64,000 nt of DNA, taken from positions 1-64,000 of the forward strand of contig JAHLWP010000018.1 in NCBI GenBank assembly GCA_019057865.1. Direction: 5' to 3'. Below, piece by piece: positions 10,174 to 20,577 of the stretch. Position 1 is the first letter of the stretch, and each line of letters opens with the position of its first letter. Origin of the DNA: Promethearchaeota archaeon. Its GTDB lineage: Archaea > Asgardarchaeota > Lokiarchaeia > Sigyniarchaeales > SOKP01. Below the pieces are notes generated by a model. The model worked only from the letters and a program-made list of their open reading frames with translations, was not told the origin of the DNA and searched no databases. The position numbers were made by a program, and so were the translations under genes.

Positions 10174-12351
10174 TTAAACTGAAAAAGATCTTTTTATCCT
10201 CTCTAGAGTTAAATTTTTATAAGAAATATTTTCCATCTGATTTAATAATTTATCACTTTGATTCAATTCCTTATAGAAATTATTTATTTTGGAGAATACA
10301 GAATTTAACTCTTCATTCTGGTAAGTTTCAAATTTAGATAAATTAAATCGTGGTAAAATGTATTTGAATTGAATATTTGGAATATGATCCTTACCATAAA
10401 GTAACTCATTTAATAAGTTGAACTGGATATTAGATTTTGAGTAGATATCTTTAAAATATAATGCATTAACTAAAGTGTTGGTTAAATTTTTATAAAATTT
10501 TAAATTTGTATTGATTTCTGCGTAAAATTTATCTTTAAATTGATTTAATTCTGAATTCTTGAATATTTTTAAGTCAATTGAGTTTAATCCGTATTGGAAT
10601 TGTGAAAGAATTTGATTGATCTTCCCTAAATAAGATAACGATAAAGGAAACTCTTTTGGTAAAGGTAATCTCCTAATAAAACTCCCATTAAATCTTAAAT
10701 AGCCACCTGACATGTGTAAAGAACTAAATAAAGATTTAAAGGTTAAATTTATTGTATTTGAATTCATAATTGCTAGTAAACTGAATAACTGATCAGTTGA
10801 AAAAGAAGGAATAGATAAACAATACAATCCTGTAATATTTGTATATAAACCGGGATCATAAACCCAAGTGAGATCTTTAGCAATTTCTCTAAAGATCAAT
10901 TTTTCACTTATGAGAATATTCCAGATATTTTCAAAACCGGGAACAAATTTGAAGTATGAGATTTTTAAATCTTTTTTGGCAATTCTGATACGTTTATCAA
11001 ACTTAATGTGATATTTCCCTACATTTCCAGTTCCAATTAATAAGAGATCATTGTCTGTTTCTTTCATTTCACTGATGTTATCAAAGTACTTGGAATAATT
11101 TAAAAATCCAAATGGCCTATAAACAATTTTTAAATCATCAATCACTATAGCCATTGGTTTAAAATTATCATATAGATAATTTAATAAATCTATTTTACCG
11201 AATATTGGAATTGTTTTAGCAGGAAGGTTTTTTATTAAAAATTGAGGCAAAATTTTTGAATCACTGAGATTATTTTTATGCATATCCTGCAAACTGTCGA
11301 ATTTTTTAATTAAAACTGAATTATCATTACTAGGCTTCTTTTTTAGAAAAGAAATTATGATTGGATACGCCGATATATTTTTGAAGACAGGTAATGAAGA
11401 AATATTGATTATTTCCTTAAGTGTAGTATTATTTACGAGTAATTCTCTAATTTTAATTCCATAATCGGCTGATAGGAATTTGTTTGTAGTCAAAAAAGAA
11501 AGGCAACCTATATTTTGTTTTAATAATTCTAAAGATTTCTCTATAAAAACTATAGAAATATCAAATAATCGATAAGCTGATTTGAATTTCTTAATTAATT
11601 TCTTCTTATAATTACTATTTTTTACTTTTTTATTTTCAATATAGGGTGGGTTTCCAATAATTATATCAAATTGATTTGAATTATATTCAAAAAGAAAATC
11701 CAAATTATAGATATTTAATTTGAGATTAAAGCCATCAATAATTTTATCTAAATTCTCAAACTTTAAATTTTCAATACTTAATTCAGTAGGATTGAAGTTG
11801 TTTATATTTTTTGAAAAAAGCCATAAGATTAATTTCAATTTTGAGATAACATAAGCAGACTTTTCAATCTCAATTCCATAAAGATGTTTCTCAATTATTT
11901 CTCTTCTTAATTCATATTCTCCCTTTTCTGGATTAAGAATTTTATAAATATCATACAATTTATCAGCAACAGAAACTAAAAATCTTCCAGAACCACAGGC
12001 AGGATCCAAAATTTTTATATTTTTAATTCTTTCTATTAATAGTTTCTTTAGATTTTGATTTTTAGTTAAGAAAAAATTCAAAACATCAAGATTAAGTCCA
12101 TTTTGAGCTAAATTTTGAGTATTTATCAATTCTTCAAAATATATTCTTAGAACATTAGAGACAATATAGTCAACAAGTAGGTGTGGTGTGTAAATTATTC
12201 CAAGATTCCGATTAACCTTTTTTTCAAAAATTTTATTATTTTCAAATTTTTGAATTAGTTTTCCTGAAAGTGATAAAAATTTTTGGAGGGACTGTTTTTG
12301 CATTGAACTTTTATTTCCATTTAAACAATTTTCAATTCTTTTTATGTTCAT
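10174..12351 (-). CDS. N6-adenine DNA methyltransferase (gamma class, Eco57I/TaqI-like)
   Basis: YTP, ILDPACGSGRFL, IIGNPPY, TaqI-C-like tail. Confidence 0.85.
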   Translation of the reverse strand: MNIKRIENCLNGNKSSMQKQSLQKFLSLSGKLIQKFENNKIFEKKVNRNLGIIYTPHLLVDYIVSNVLRIYFEELINTQNLAQNGLNLDVLNFFLTKNQNLKKLLIERIKNIKILDPACGSGRFLVSVADKLYDIYKILNPEKGEYELRREIIEKHLYGIEIEKSAYVISKLKLILWLFSKNINNFNPTELSIENLKFENLDKIIDGFNLKLNIYNLDFLFEYNSNQFDIIIGNPPYIENKKVKNSNYKKKLIKKFKSAYRLFDISIVFIEKSLELLKQNIGCLSFLTTNKFLSADYGIKIRELLVNNTTLKEIINISSLPVFKNISAYPIIISFLKKKPSNDNSVLIKKFDSLQDMHKNNLSDSKILPQFLIKNLPAKTIPIFGKIDLLNYLYDNFKPMAIVIDDLKIVYRPFGFLNYSKYFDNISEMKETDNDLLLIGTGNVGKYHIKFDKRIRIAKKDLKISYFKFVPGFENIWNILISEKLIFREIAKDLTWVYDPGLYTNITGLYCLSIPSFSTDQLFSLLAIMNSNTINLTFKSLFSSLHMSGGYLRFNGSFIRRLPLPKEFPLSLSYLGKINQILSQFQYGLNSIDLKIFKNSELNQFKDKFYAEINTNLKFYKNLTNTLVNALYFKDIYSKSNIQFNLLNELLYGKDHIPNIQFKYILPRFNLSKFETYQNEELNSVFSKINNFYKELNQSDKLLNQMENISYKNLTLERIKRSFSV

Positions 12352-12456
12352 TTTTATTTTAGATTTCCTTATTTATAAAAATATTAGGGACATTAATAAA
12401 AATAAGAAAGTTATGATTAGAAAAAATTAAGAATTTTATAAAAATAGAATTAAAAG

Positions 12457-13359
12457 TTGATTGATAATAATTATTTACAAAGTCTAATAGAAAAACCTCA
12501 AAAAATTTCTAATTTAAAATTTGAGGATATTTCACAAATTTTAAAGCAAGCTAAAGACATTTTTAACGAAGAAGAGCTACTATTAGAATTTAAATTACTG
12601 GATAACAAAGAAGAAGTTTATGTTATTGGAGATATCCATGGCAATTTACATAGTTTATTAAATATACTCGAGATTATAAAAAAAGGCAAACCAAAAATTA
12701 TCATTTTTTTAGGAGATATAGTGGATCGTGGAATAAAACAATTAGAGTGTCTAATAATTATTTTAGCATTGAAAATCCTTAACCCAAATAAAGTTTTTCT
12801 ATTGAAAGGGAATCATGAAACCTTGGAAATGAATCAATATTATGGTTTTTTTCAAGAATTTGTTCAGAAATTTAATGATAAAGAAAAATTTACAGAAATT
12901 TTAGATGTTTACCAGGTTCTTCCTTTTTGTGCCATAATAAATAACAAAATTATAAGCTTACATGGCGGGATTCCTGAAGATATTGAAATCTTAAAAAAAT
13001 TAAAAGGTTTAAAACATGAAGATATTAATTCAGTATTTAAATCAGTTGCAGAAGGTTTATATCAAATTATATGGAATGATCCTAAAGAAAGACTTAAAGG
13101 ATTCGCTGAAAGTTTCAGAGGTCCGGGAATTAAATTTTTTGGGGAAGATGTGTTTAATAATTTTTTGAAATCAAATAATCTTAAATATCTTATTAGAGCA
13201 CATGAATGTTTTCCAGAAGGATATAGATGGTTTTTTAATAATCGCTTGCTATCTATATTTTCTTCGGCAAATTATAGAGGATTTTATTCACCAAATCCTG
13301 CCTCATATGCTATAGTTAGAAATGATAAAATATTCCCAATTAATATTGAAGTATCATAA
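12457..13359 (+). CDS. Ser/Thr protein phosphatase (PPP family)
   Basis: GDIHG, GDIVDRG, GNHE, HGG, WNDP, RAHE, SIFSSANY. Confidence 0.92.
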   Translation: MIDNNYLQSLIEKPQKISNLKFEDISQILKQAKDIFNEEELLLEFKLLDNKEEVYVIGDIHGNLHSLLNILEIIKKGKPKIIIFLGDIVDRGIKQLECLIIILALKILNPNKVFLLKGNHETLEMNQYYGFFQEFVQKFNDKEKFTEILDVYQVLPFCAIINNKIISLHGGIPEDIEILKKLKGLKHEDINSVFKSVAEGLYQIIWNDPKERLKGFAESFRGPGIKFFGEDVFNNFLKSNNLKYLIRAHECFPEGYRWFFNNRLLSIFSSANYRGFYSPNPASYAIVRNDKIFPINIEVS

Positions 13360-13411
13360 GGTTAATTATGAAGATATCTTATTCAATTATTGAAATGAGA
13401 TTTATTCTAGT

Positions 13412-13672
13412 TTAAGTAATTTGAGAAGCATCAGGTTTAATAAAGAGAAGATTATTACCACGAATAAATATCTCATTGTATTTAGCCACAGGTGAGCCGT
13501 CCATAATTTCTGTGCAATTTTCTAAGATTAAGTTCATATAAGCATCAATTTCTTTTAATAATCCCTTATATTCTGTCCCATCCTTCAATCTTAATATAAT
13601 CACACTGTTCTGTGCATTCTGAAGTATGGTTAAAGGATTTTTAGATTTTTGTGGGGTGTTATTTCTTGACAT
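13412..13672 (-). CDS. Sm/Lsm RNA-binding protein
   Basis: Sm1 GLLKEIDAYMNLIL, Sm2 IFIRGNN. Confidence 0.92.
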   Translation of the reverse strand: MSRNNTPQKSKNPLTILQNAQNSVIILRLKDGTEYKGLLKEIDAYMNLILENCTEIMDGSPVAKYNEIFIRGNNLLFIKPDASQIT

Positions 13673-13804
13673 TATTTTAGTACCTTAATTAAAAAATATA
13701 ATTTAATATTTGAAAAGATAATTTAAAGATAAATTTTTTTGAATTAAAACCTTTTTATCGGTTATTGAGTATTGGTAGATTAAAATTTTTTTTGGTTATT
13801 TTTT

Positions 13805-14404
13805 TTGAAAAATTTGAATAAGACTATTGGTAAAAAAAAGAAGACTATAAGTAATTATAATAAAACAGCATCTTTTTACGACAATCGATATAGAAAACTC
13901 CAAGAACAAAAATATAAAATTATTTTAAAAAATTATCGCTCCAAATCCAAATTAATTTTAGATGCTGGATGTGGTACTGGTCTCTTTATTGAATTTATTA
14001 TAGCTCTAACAAAGCAAAAAGAATTTATTCCTTTTATTTATGTAGGTACAGATATTTCTTTAAAAATGTTAGAAATATTCAGAACTAAACTCCAAAGATT
14101 AAAAATGAAATATGAATTTAATTTGATCTTATCAGATATAGAGAACCTACCTTTTAGAGAAAATATTTTTCAATCTATATTCTCTCTTACATCCTTTCAA
14201 AATCTACCTAATATCGATGAAGGAGTTAGAAATCTGTATAGAGTAGGAGGAAATAAAGCAGATTTAAACCTTTCAATCTTAAAGAAGAAACATAATTTGA
14301 CAGAATTAATAAACTTGTTAAGACCTTTAGTAAAAAATCTTAAGACAACTAATAAGGAAAATTTAGAAGATATTATTTTTCAAGGTAAAATTCTAAAAAG
14401 ATAA
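13805..14404 (+). CDS. class I SAM-dependent methyltransferase
   Basis: ILDAGCGTG, DIS..ML, DIENLPF. Confidence 0.85.
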   Translation: MKNLNKTIGKKKKTISNYNKTASFYDNRYRKLQEQKYKIILKNYRSKSKLILDAGCGTGLFIEFIIALTKQKEFIPFIYVGTDISLKMLEIFRTKLQRLKMKYEFNLILSDIENLPFRENIFQSIFSLTSFQNLPNIDEGVRNLYRVGGNKADLNLSILKKKHNLTELINLLRPLVKNLKTTNKENLEDIIFQGKILKR

Positions 14405-14414
14405 TATAAAAAAT

Positions 14415-15293
14415 CTATTTCTTATAAAAAGATGCTATTATCTTGTTTGTATCACTTTCAACCTTATATTTTTTTTGAAAGTAATTACATACATTTCTAA
14501 TATCTCTTTCCAAAATTGAAGTTGCATTTGGATGATCACTAGGAATCCACTGCAACCAATCTATTATTAGGATATTTCCTTTCTCATCTAACACAATATT
14601 AAATTCTCCTAAATCTCCATGAATTATATTAGCTTTTTGATAAATTATTTCCATTTGTTTTATGATTCTATTAAAAATTTTATCAGGATTTTTAATACTT
14701 TTATAATAAACTAACTCTTTACCCCTTAAATATGACATTACCACAATGTGTCTATTATATCCTATTGGTTTGGGAGTATTTAAATTAAGCTTATATATCC
14801 TTTTTAAAACTTCAAATTCTTTTTTAGCAGCAAGTCTATTTATATATAACCAAGAAAGATGGCTTCTTTCACCCGTTAGATCTCTGGAACGCTTAATACT
14901 TTTAAAACTCGTTCTTCCCATTCGATAAATTTTTAATGCATATATATTTTCATTATCATCCATACAACTGTATACGTCTGATTCTTTTCCTTTCCCTATA
15001 AGGGGTCCTAACTGACTAACAATATTCTTTTCTACTAATGTATGTAGAGCTAATAAATCATAGGCTATTGAATTGAGTGTATATCCTATTTCATTTTTTG
15101 AGGAATCTCTAATAATTAAATCAAGTTTATGAATTTTGTTCAAGCGAAATAGCGTTTCTTCCATTTTATATCTTGAATAAAATTTAATATTGTTGATTTT
15201 TACATATTCAGATCTTTTCATCCCAATTTCAATTGCCATTAATATTCTTAGGTCCTCTTTTTCAAGGTCAGGGAGAAGTTTTGCTGCTTCCAC
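14415..15293 (-). CDS. rio2: RIO2 protein kinase
   Basis: N-terminal wHTH, GKGKESDVY, IHGDLGEFNI, IIDWLQ. Confidence 0.9.
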   Translation of the reverse strand: MEAAKLLPDLEKEDLRILMAIEIGMKRSEYVKINNIKFYSRYKMEETLFRLNKIHKLDLIIRDSSKNEIGYTLNSIAYDLLALHTLVEKNIVSQLGPLIGKGKESDVYSCMDDNENIYALKIYRMGRTSFKSIKRSRDLTGERSHLSWLYINRLAAKKEFEVLKRIYKLNLNTPKPIGYNRHIVVMSYLRGKELVYYKSIKNPDKIFNRIIKQMEIIYQKANIIHGDLGEFNIVLDEKGNILIIDWLQWIPSDHPNATSILERDIRNVCNYFQKKYKVESDTNKIIASFYKK

Positions 15294-15423
15294 ATACTAA
15301 ATTTCTTTTTTTTAACTTAAAAGATTTATTAATTTACAATAATAAATTGCTTATCTTCTATATTTTGTAATGATAATATGATTTTTTATATAAAACTATA
15401 AAAAAAAATTATTGATTTTAATA

Positions 15424-16326
15424 TTATTCTTGGCTTTCAATTCTTTTCTTTATTTCTTGCCACATATCATCGATATAAGTTTTATACATTTCAATCTCTT
15501 GTTCATTTAGATTTTTAAATCTTTTCTGTGCACTTAGATATTCTTCTATAGGTTTTCTTTTAGAAGGATCTAGATACTTACTACTTGGTTTTGATAAGAT
15601 AAATTTGTCATTAACTACTTCATATAAAGGCCAGAATCCAGTCTGCACGGCAAGTCTACCAATCAATATTGTATCCTTGGGTTCATAACCCCAACCAGGT
15701 GGGCAAGGTGAAAGGATATGGAAATATTTCGTTCCAAATATATCTCTTGCCTTTTTGAATTTTTCAAATAAATCAAGTGGATAAGAGGCAATACCCGTAG
15801 TCACATAAGGAATTCTATGAGCTTCTAAAATCTTTGGCATATCTTTTTTATGCCCTAATTTACCTTCAGGTGTAGTTGTAGTTCTTACTCCTAATGGAGT
15901 TGAACCACTTCGTTGAACACCTGTATTCATATAAGCTTCATTATCATAACATGCAAAGATAAAATTTGTACCTCTTTCAGCAGCACCACTTAATGCTTGT
16001 ATTCCTATATCGGTTGTCCCACCATCGCCTGCGAATGCTAGTACACATATTTCTTCATCCAATCCCTTATCTTCTAGTGAAGCTCTTATTCCAGAGGCAG
16101 AGGCTCCTGTTGTTGCAAAGGGTGTGTGATAAACGGATATTTTTGTTGAACAAAACCCTTGCATCCCATGTAGCACTGTTAGGCAAGAGGCGGGTACTGT
16201 TACTATAGTTTTTGAACCTAGTGCTTTTAGAGCGATTCTGTAAATTAGAGCCATGCCACATCCCGCACAAGCACGTGTACCAGGATAAATATATTCTTCT
16301 TCAGGAAGATCCATAACATTTACCAT
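15424..16326 (-). CDS. porB: pyruvate/2-oxoacid:ferredoxin oxidoreductase beta subunit
   Basis: ACAGCG, GDGG…DIG, DNEAYMNTG TPP motif. Confidence 0.9.
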   Translation of the reverse strand: MVNVMDLPEEEYIYPGTRACAGCGMALIYRIALKALGSKTIVTVPASCLTVLHGMQGFCSTKISVYHTPFATTGASASGIRASLEDKGLDEEICVLAFAGDGGTTDIGIQALSGAAERGTNFIFACYDNEAYMNTGVQRSGSTPLGVRTTTTPEGKLGHKKDMPKILEAHRIPYVTTGIASYPLDLFEKFKKARDIFGTKYFHILSPCPPGWGYEPKDTILIGRLAVQTGFWPLYEVVNDKFILSKPSSKYLDPSKRKPIEEYLSAQKRFKNLNEQEIEMYKTYIDDMWQEIKKRIESQE

Positions 16327-16332
16327 TTTTCC

Positions 16333-17625
16333 TCACCCTCCTTTGAAATAAGTTGATTCATCATAATCTTTTAATTCTTCTAATTTTAAACCTAAAAAGT
16401 CTGTTTTATTGGTAAATATTCCTTTTTTAAATGCATCTAAAGCTTTATGAACACCTGACATAATATGTTCTGTTTTAACGTCTCTTCCTCCCAATCCAAC
16501 AATAAATCCTTTAATATTTGGTCGATTTTTTAATCCATAAAGCGCAGCTTTTAATTCATAAGATAAAACTCCTTCATAACCATATCCAATATCTCTGTCA
16601 AATACAATGATATTTTCTTTATCTTTAAAAAATTCTCTCAAATCTTCCGCAGGATAAGGTCTAAACAATTTTAAACTCATTAAGCCAACTTTAAGTCCTT
16701 CATTTCTAAGTTTTTTAATTGCAATCCTAGCTTGAGATGCCACCGAACCCATAGCAAAGATTATGGTATTTGCATCATTAGTATCAACAGTTTTATAAAT
16801 TCCATTTCCATAAGATCTCCCAAATTTCTTGGAAAATTCATCATGAACTTCTTTTATTATAATAATTGAATTTTCTAAAGCTTTTTGTAATGCATATCGA
16901 TATTCATAATATCCTGGCACAGTTCCTTCTGCTCGTTTAACAATATGAGGAGTTGTAACAGGATCAACTCCCTTTACATTTGAAATATCAGATAAATTGA
17001 TATGATGTTTAAGAGGTGGTAAGAAATTATCAATATCTTCTTGATTCTCTAATTTAACAGGCATCATTGTATGACTAAGTATATATCCATCATATGCAAC
17101 CATGGCGGGTAGAAAAAGACGAGGATCCTCAGCGATTTTAAAAGCTTGGAGATTAGTATCATAGATTTCTTGGTTGTTTTCACACATAAATTGAATCCAT
17201 CCAACATCTCTTATAGTTATGAAATCTTGATGATCCGTCCAAACACTCCAAGGAGCGCCTAAGGATCTAGTTGCTAGATTTATAATTATAGGTAATCTAT
17301 TTCCTGAAGCCCAGGGTAGCAATTCATACATTAATTCTAACCCGTGAGCAGAGGTTGCTGTGCCAACTCTAGAGCCTGTAGCCGAAGCAGCACAACATAC
17401 GGCAAGTGCGGAGTGTTCAGACTCAACTTTTATAAATCTAGCTTTCAATTTTCCTTCTGAAATAAATTCAGCTATTTTTTCAACCACAGGACTTTGAGGT
17501 GTTATTGGATATGCTGAGATAACACCTACTTTAGCTTGTCTAAAAGCATGAGCTGCGGCATGATTTCCTGTTAAAATCATTACATTTTCATCAGTAACCT
17601 TTTCTTTCTCATTAGACACAGTCAC
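16333..17625 (-). CDS. porA: pyruvate/2-oxoacid:ferredoxin oxidoreductase alpha subunit
   Basis: AYPITPQS, ESEHSA, GLGGRD. Confidence 0.9.
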   Translation of the reverse strand: MTVSNEKEKVTDENVMILTGNHAAAHAFRQAKVGVISAYPITPQSPVVEKIAEFISEGKLKARFIKVESEHSALAVCCAASATGSRVGTATSAHGLELMYELLPWASGNRLPIIINLATRSLGAPWSVWTDHQDFITIRDVGWIQFMCENNQEIYDTNLQAFKIAEDPRLFLPAMVAYDGYILSHTMMPVKLENQEDIDNFLPPLKHHINLSDISNVKGVDPVTTPHIVKRAEGTVPGYYEYRYALQKALENSIIIIKEVHDEFSKKFGRSYGNGIYKTVDTNDANTIIFAMGSVASQARIAIKKLRNEGLKVGLMSLKLFRPYPAEDLREFFKDKENIIVFDRDIGYGYEGVLSYELKAALYGLKNRPNIKGFIVGLGGRDVKTEHIMSGVHKALDAFKKGIFTNKTDFLGLKLEELKDYDESTYFKGG

Positions 17626-17921
17626 TCATATTTCACCTCTTCCATTGAAATAGCTTTTACTGGACATTCCTCCATACAGATTCCACATCCCTTACAATAA
17701 TCTAAGTCAATTTTAGGAGGAATTGCTCTTGATATCACAGCTTCAGGGCAATATAACCAACAATTGAAACAACTGGGTTTTCCAGATTTTGCGGGGATAC
17801 ATTTACCTACATCGATTATAGGTATCCATTTTGCCCATGAACCAGTTTTACCAGCTTCTCCTTTAACTGGTTTTTGAACAGAACCAAGAATTTTTTGATA
17901 GTCTTTTTTTGATTCATTCAT
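17622..17921 (-). CDS. porD: 2-oxoacid:ferredoxin oxidoreductase delta subunit
   Basis: KTGSW, CFNCWLYCPE, DYCKGCGICMEECP. Confidence 0.9.
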   Translation of the reverse strand: MNESKKDYQKILGSVQKPVKGEAGKTGSWAKWIPIIDVGKCIPAKSGKPSCFNCWLYCPEAVISRAIPPKIDLDYCKGCGICMEECPVKAISMEEVKYE

Positions 17922-18206
17922 AAAAACACCAAATTTAGATTAAATTTAAAGCCTTGTATAAAATCAAAACAAATAAATTTTTAATTCTTACCATTTAGAA
18001 TAAAAACGAATAAGGCTAAATTTTAATTAAATTATTAGTTTTTAGTTTTATTCGGTTTACATAAGATTAATTTTCTTATGGGAAAAATAAAGACATAAAT
18101 ATTACTTATTTTATTATTCACTTTAGATAAAGTATTAGGCTCCTAAAATAGTAGGATAATTTTTTGAATTTTTAACAAATATAGGAATATTGAAAAATAA
18201 CTGAAG

Positions 18207-20525
18207 TTGAGGTTAAAATTGGACACTTCACCCGATATGTTTAAATTAATTACTGAAATGGAAAAATATAAGAGTATAATTGATAACATAAAAGAATGCT
18301 ACTTCGAGGTTGATTTAAGAGGTAATTTTACATTTTTCAATGATTCTGTATGTAAACTTTTGGGTTATTCACGAGATGAACTCTTAGGATTAAATTATAA
18401 GTACCTTGCAGATGAAGAAACTAAAAATAAAGTCTTTAAAGGGTTTAATCTAGTTTATGAAACTGGTAAGCCACTAACTGATTTTCAATACCAATTTAGA
18501 AACAAAAAGGGGGAGAAAATAATTGGGGAAACCTCTGTATACTTAAAATATGACGCAAAAGGGAATAAAATTGGTTTCTATGGTTTATTTCGCGATATAA
18601 CTAAAAGAAAAAAAGAAGAACAAAGATTTAAAGAAGAATTAGAAAATAAAGTACGATTAAGAACTAAAGAATTAAGAGAATCCGAAGAAAAGTATAGTAA
18701 TCTTTTCCACCATTCTAATGATGCGATCTTTTTACATGATTTGGAAGGAAACATTATAGATGCTAATCAAAAGGTATTGGAACAATTTGGATATACAAGA
18801 TCAGAGATTATAACACTTAAAATTCAAGAGCTTCATCCAATAGAAGAACTTGAATCATCTAAGAGAGCATTTGAAGAAATTTCAAAAAAAGGAGTTATAA
18901 GATTTGAAATAAGTTTTAAAAAGAAAAATGGTGAGAAATTTTTAGCTGAAGTGTCATCTAGTTTATTTAATATAGGTGGTAAGAAAGTTATTCAAGGAAT
19001 TGTAAGAGATATAACCGAACGTAAATTAGCTCAGCAGAAATTAAAGGATTCTGAAGGGAAACACCGAAACATGATTAATAACCTTGATTTAGGATTTTAT
19101 CAGTTAAGTTGGGATGGAATATTATTAAATCATAATCCTGCTTTTAGCAAAATATTAGGGTTCGATCCATCTGAGAATTTAATCAATAAGTCCGTCCATG
19201 ATTTTTGGCAAAAACCTGAAGAACGGATAACTTATTTAGATGAATTGAAAAGGTTAGGCTATGTTAAGAATTATTTAGTTCATGCCAAAAAGAAAAATGG
19301 TGAAAAGATTGTTTTACATCTCAATTCTCATATTTTAGACAACAGGAAAGGGAATCCCAATATAATTCAAGGATTAATAACAGATATCACTGAAAAATTC
19401 GAATTAGAACAGAAATTAAAAGAATCCGAGGAAAGATATCGGAATCTTTATGAATCTATGCCTTTTTCTATAGCACTTCTTGATCAAAAAGGAAGGTTTG
19501 TTTATGTCAATCCTGCAACTGAGAAATTTTTTGGATACAAGATAAAAGATTTAATTGGTGAAGAATTTAGAAACCTTTCAATTATTCATCCTAGTTATTT
19601 ACCTCTAATTTTAAAAAGATTAAAAAAAGTAATTGAAGGTGAAAATTTATCGCCAATAGATATTCAAGTATATAAAAAAAATGGTAATTTAACTTGGATA
19701 AACTATCAGACCTCTTTAGTAAATTTAGGTGATGAATCATTATTGCAAGTAATTATAAATGATATTTCAGAACAAAAAAAAGCGGAAATTCTTATTAAAG
19801 AAGAAATTAAAAAATTAAAAGAATTAGATCAAATCAGGAAAGATCTTATTTCTAGAGTCTCACACGAGTTAAAAACACCACTCGTTTCTGTATGTGGAGG
19901 ATCTGAACTTCTTTTGCAACTATATAAACCGAAATTGGATGCAGATGTTTTAGAGTTATTAGAACTCATAGAAAAGGGTGGAAAAAGGTTAAAGTATTTA
20001 GTTGATAATTTACTTGATATTACTCGCATAGAATATAATAAACTCAAATTAAATAAAGAATTAAAGGATTTAAGCAAAATTATTAAAGATTGCGCGAAAG
20101 AATTACTCTACTTAGCTAGAAATAGAGAATTAGATTTGGATTTAAAATTAGTAGATAACTTATATTTAGAGATAGATAAAATTAGATTAGAACAAGTAGT
20201 TATTAATTTATTATCGAATGCTATAAAGAATACACCACCTAAAGGAAAAATTGAAATTCTTTTACAGAAAAAAGAAGATTGGGCTGAAATTTCAGTCATT
20301 GATACAGGGATTGGATTAACGAAAGGAGAAATGGATATCCTATTCACAAGATTTGGCAAAATTGAAAGATATGGAGAAGGGTTAGAATATATAGATATTC
20401 AAGGTTCTGGATTAGGGTTATATATCTCTAAAGAAATTGTTGATTTACATAGGGGTCAAATAAGGGCTGAATCAGCAGGAAGGAATAAGGGAAGTACATT
20501 TATAGTGAAATTACCAATTAATTGA
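18207..20525 (+). CDS. multi-PAS sensor histidine kinase
   Basis: Four PAS repeats, SHELKTPL H-box, N/G1/F/G2 boxes. The likely start is TTG at 18219, after GAGGT. Confidence 0.92.
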   Translation: MRLKLDTSPDMFKLITEMEKYKSIIDNIKECYFEVDLRGNFTFFNDSVCKLLGYSRDELLGLNYKYLADEETKNKVFKGFNLVYETGKPLTDFQYQFRNKKGEKIIGETSVYLKYDAKGNKIGFYGLFRDITKRKKEEQRFKEELENKVRLRTKELRESEEKYSNLFHHSNDAIFLHDLEGNIIDANQKVLEQFGYTRSEIITLKIQELHPIEELESSKRAFEEISKKGVIRFEISFKKKNGEKFLAEVSSSLFNIGGKKVIQGIVRDITERKLAQQKLKDSEGKHRNMINNLDLGFYQLSWDGILLNHNPAFSKILGFDPSENLINKSVHDFWQKPEERITYLDELKRLGYVKNYLVHAKKKNGEKIVLHLNSHILDNRKGNPNIIQGLITDITEKFELEQKLKESEERYRNLYESMPFSIALLDQKGRFVYVNPATEKFFGYKIKDLIGEEFRNLSIIHPSYLPLILKRLKKVIEGENLSPIDIQVYKKNGNLTWINYQTSLVNLGDESLLQVIINDISEQKKAEILIKEEIKKLKELDQIRKDLISRVSHELKTPLVSVCGGSELLLQLYKPKLDADVLELLELIEKGGKRLKYLVDNLLDITRIEYNKLKLNKELKDLSKIIKDCAKELLYLARNRELDLDLKLVDNLYLEIDKIRLEQVVINLLSNAIKNTPPKGKIEILLQKKEDWAEISVIDTGIGLTKGEMDILFTRFGKIERYGEGLEYIDIQGSGLGLYISKEIVDLHRGQIRAESAGRNKGSTFIVKLPIN

Positions 20526-20577
20526 TTTATAATAAATAATTAAAAATTTTTTTATTTAAGTACAATTTGTAAAAAAA

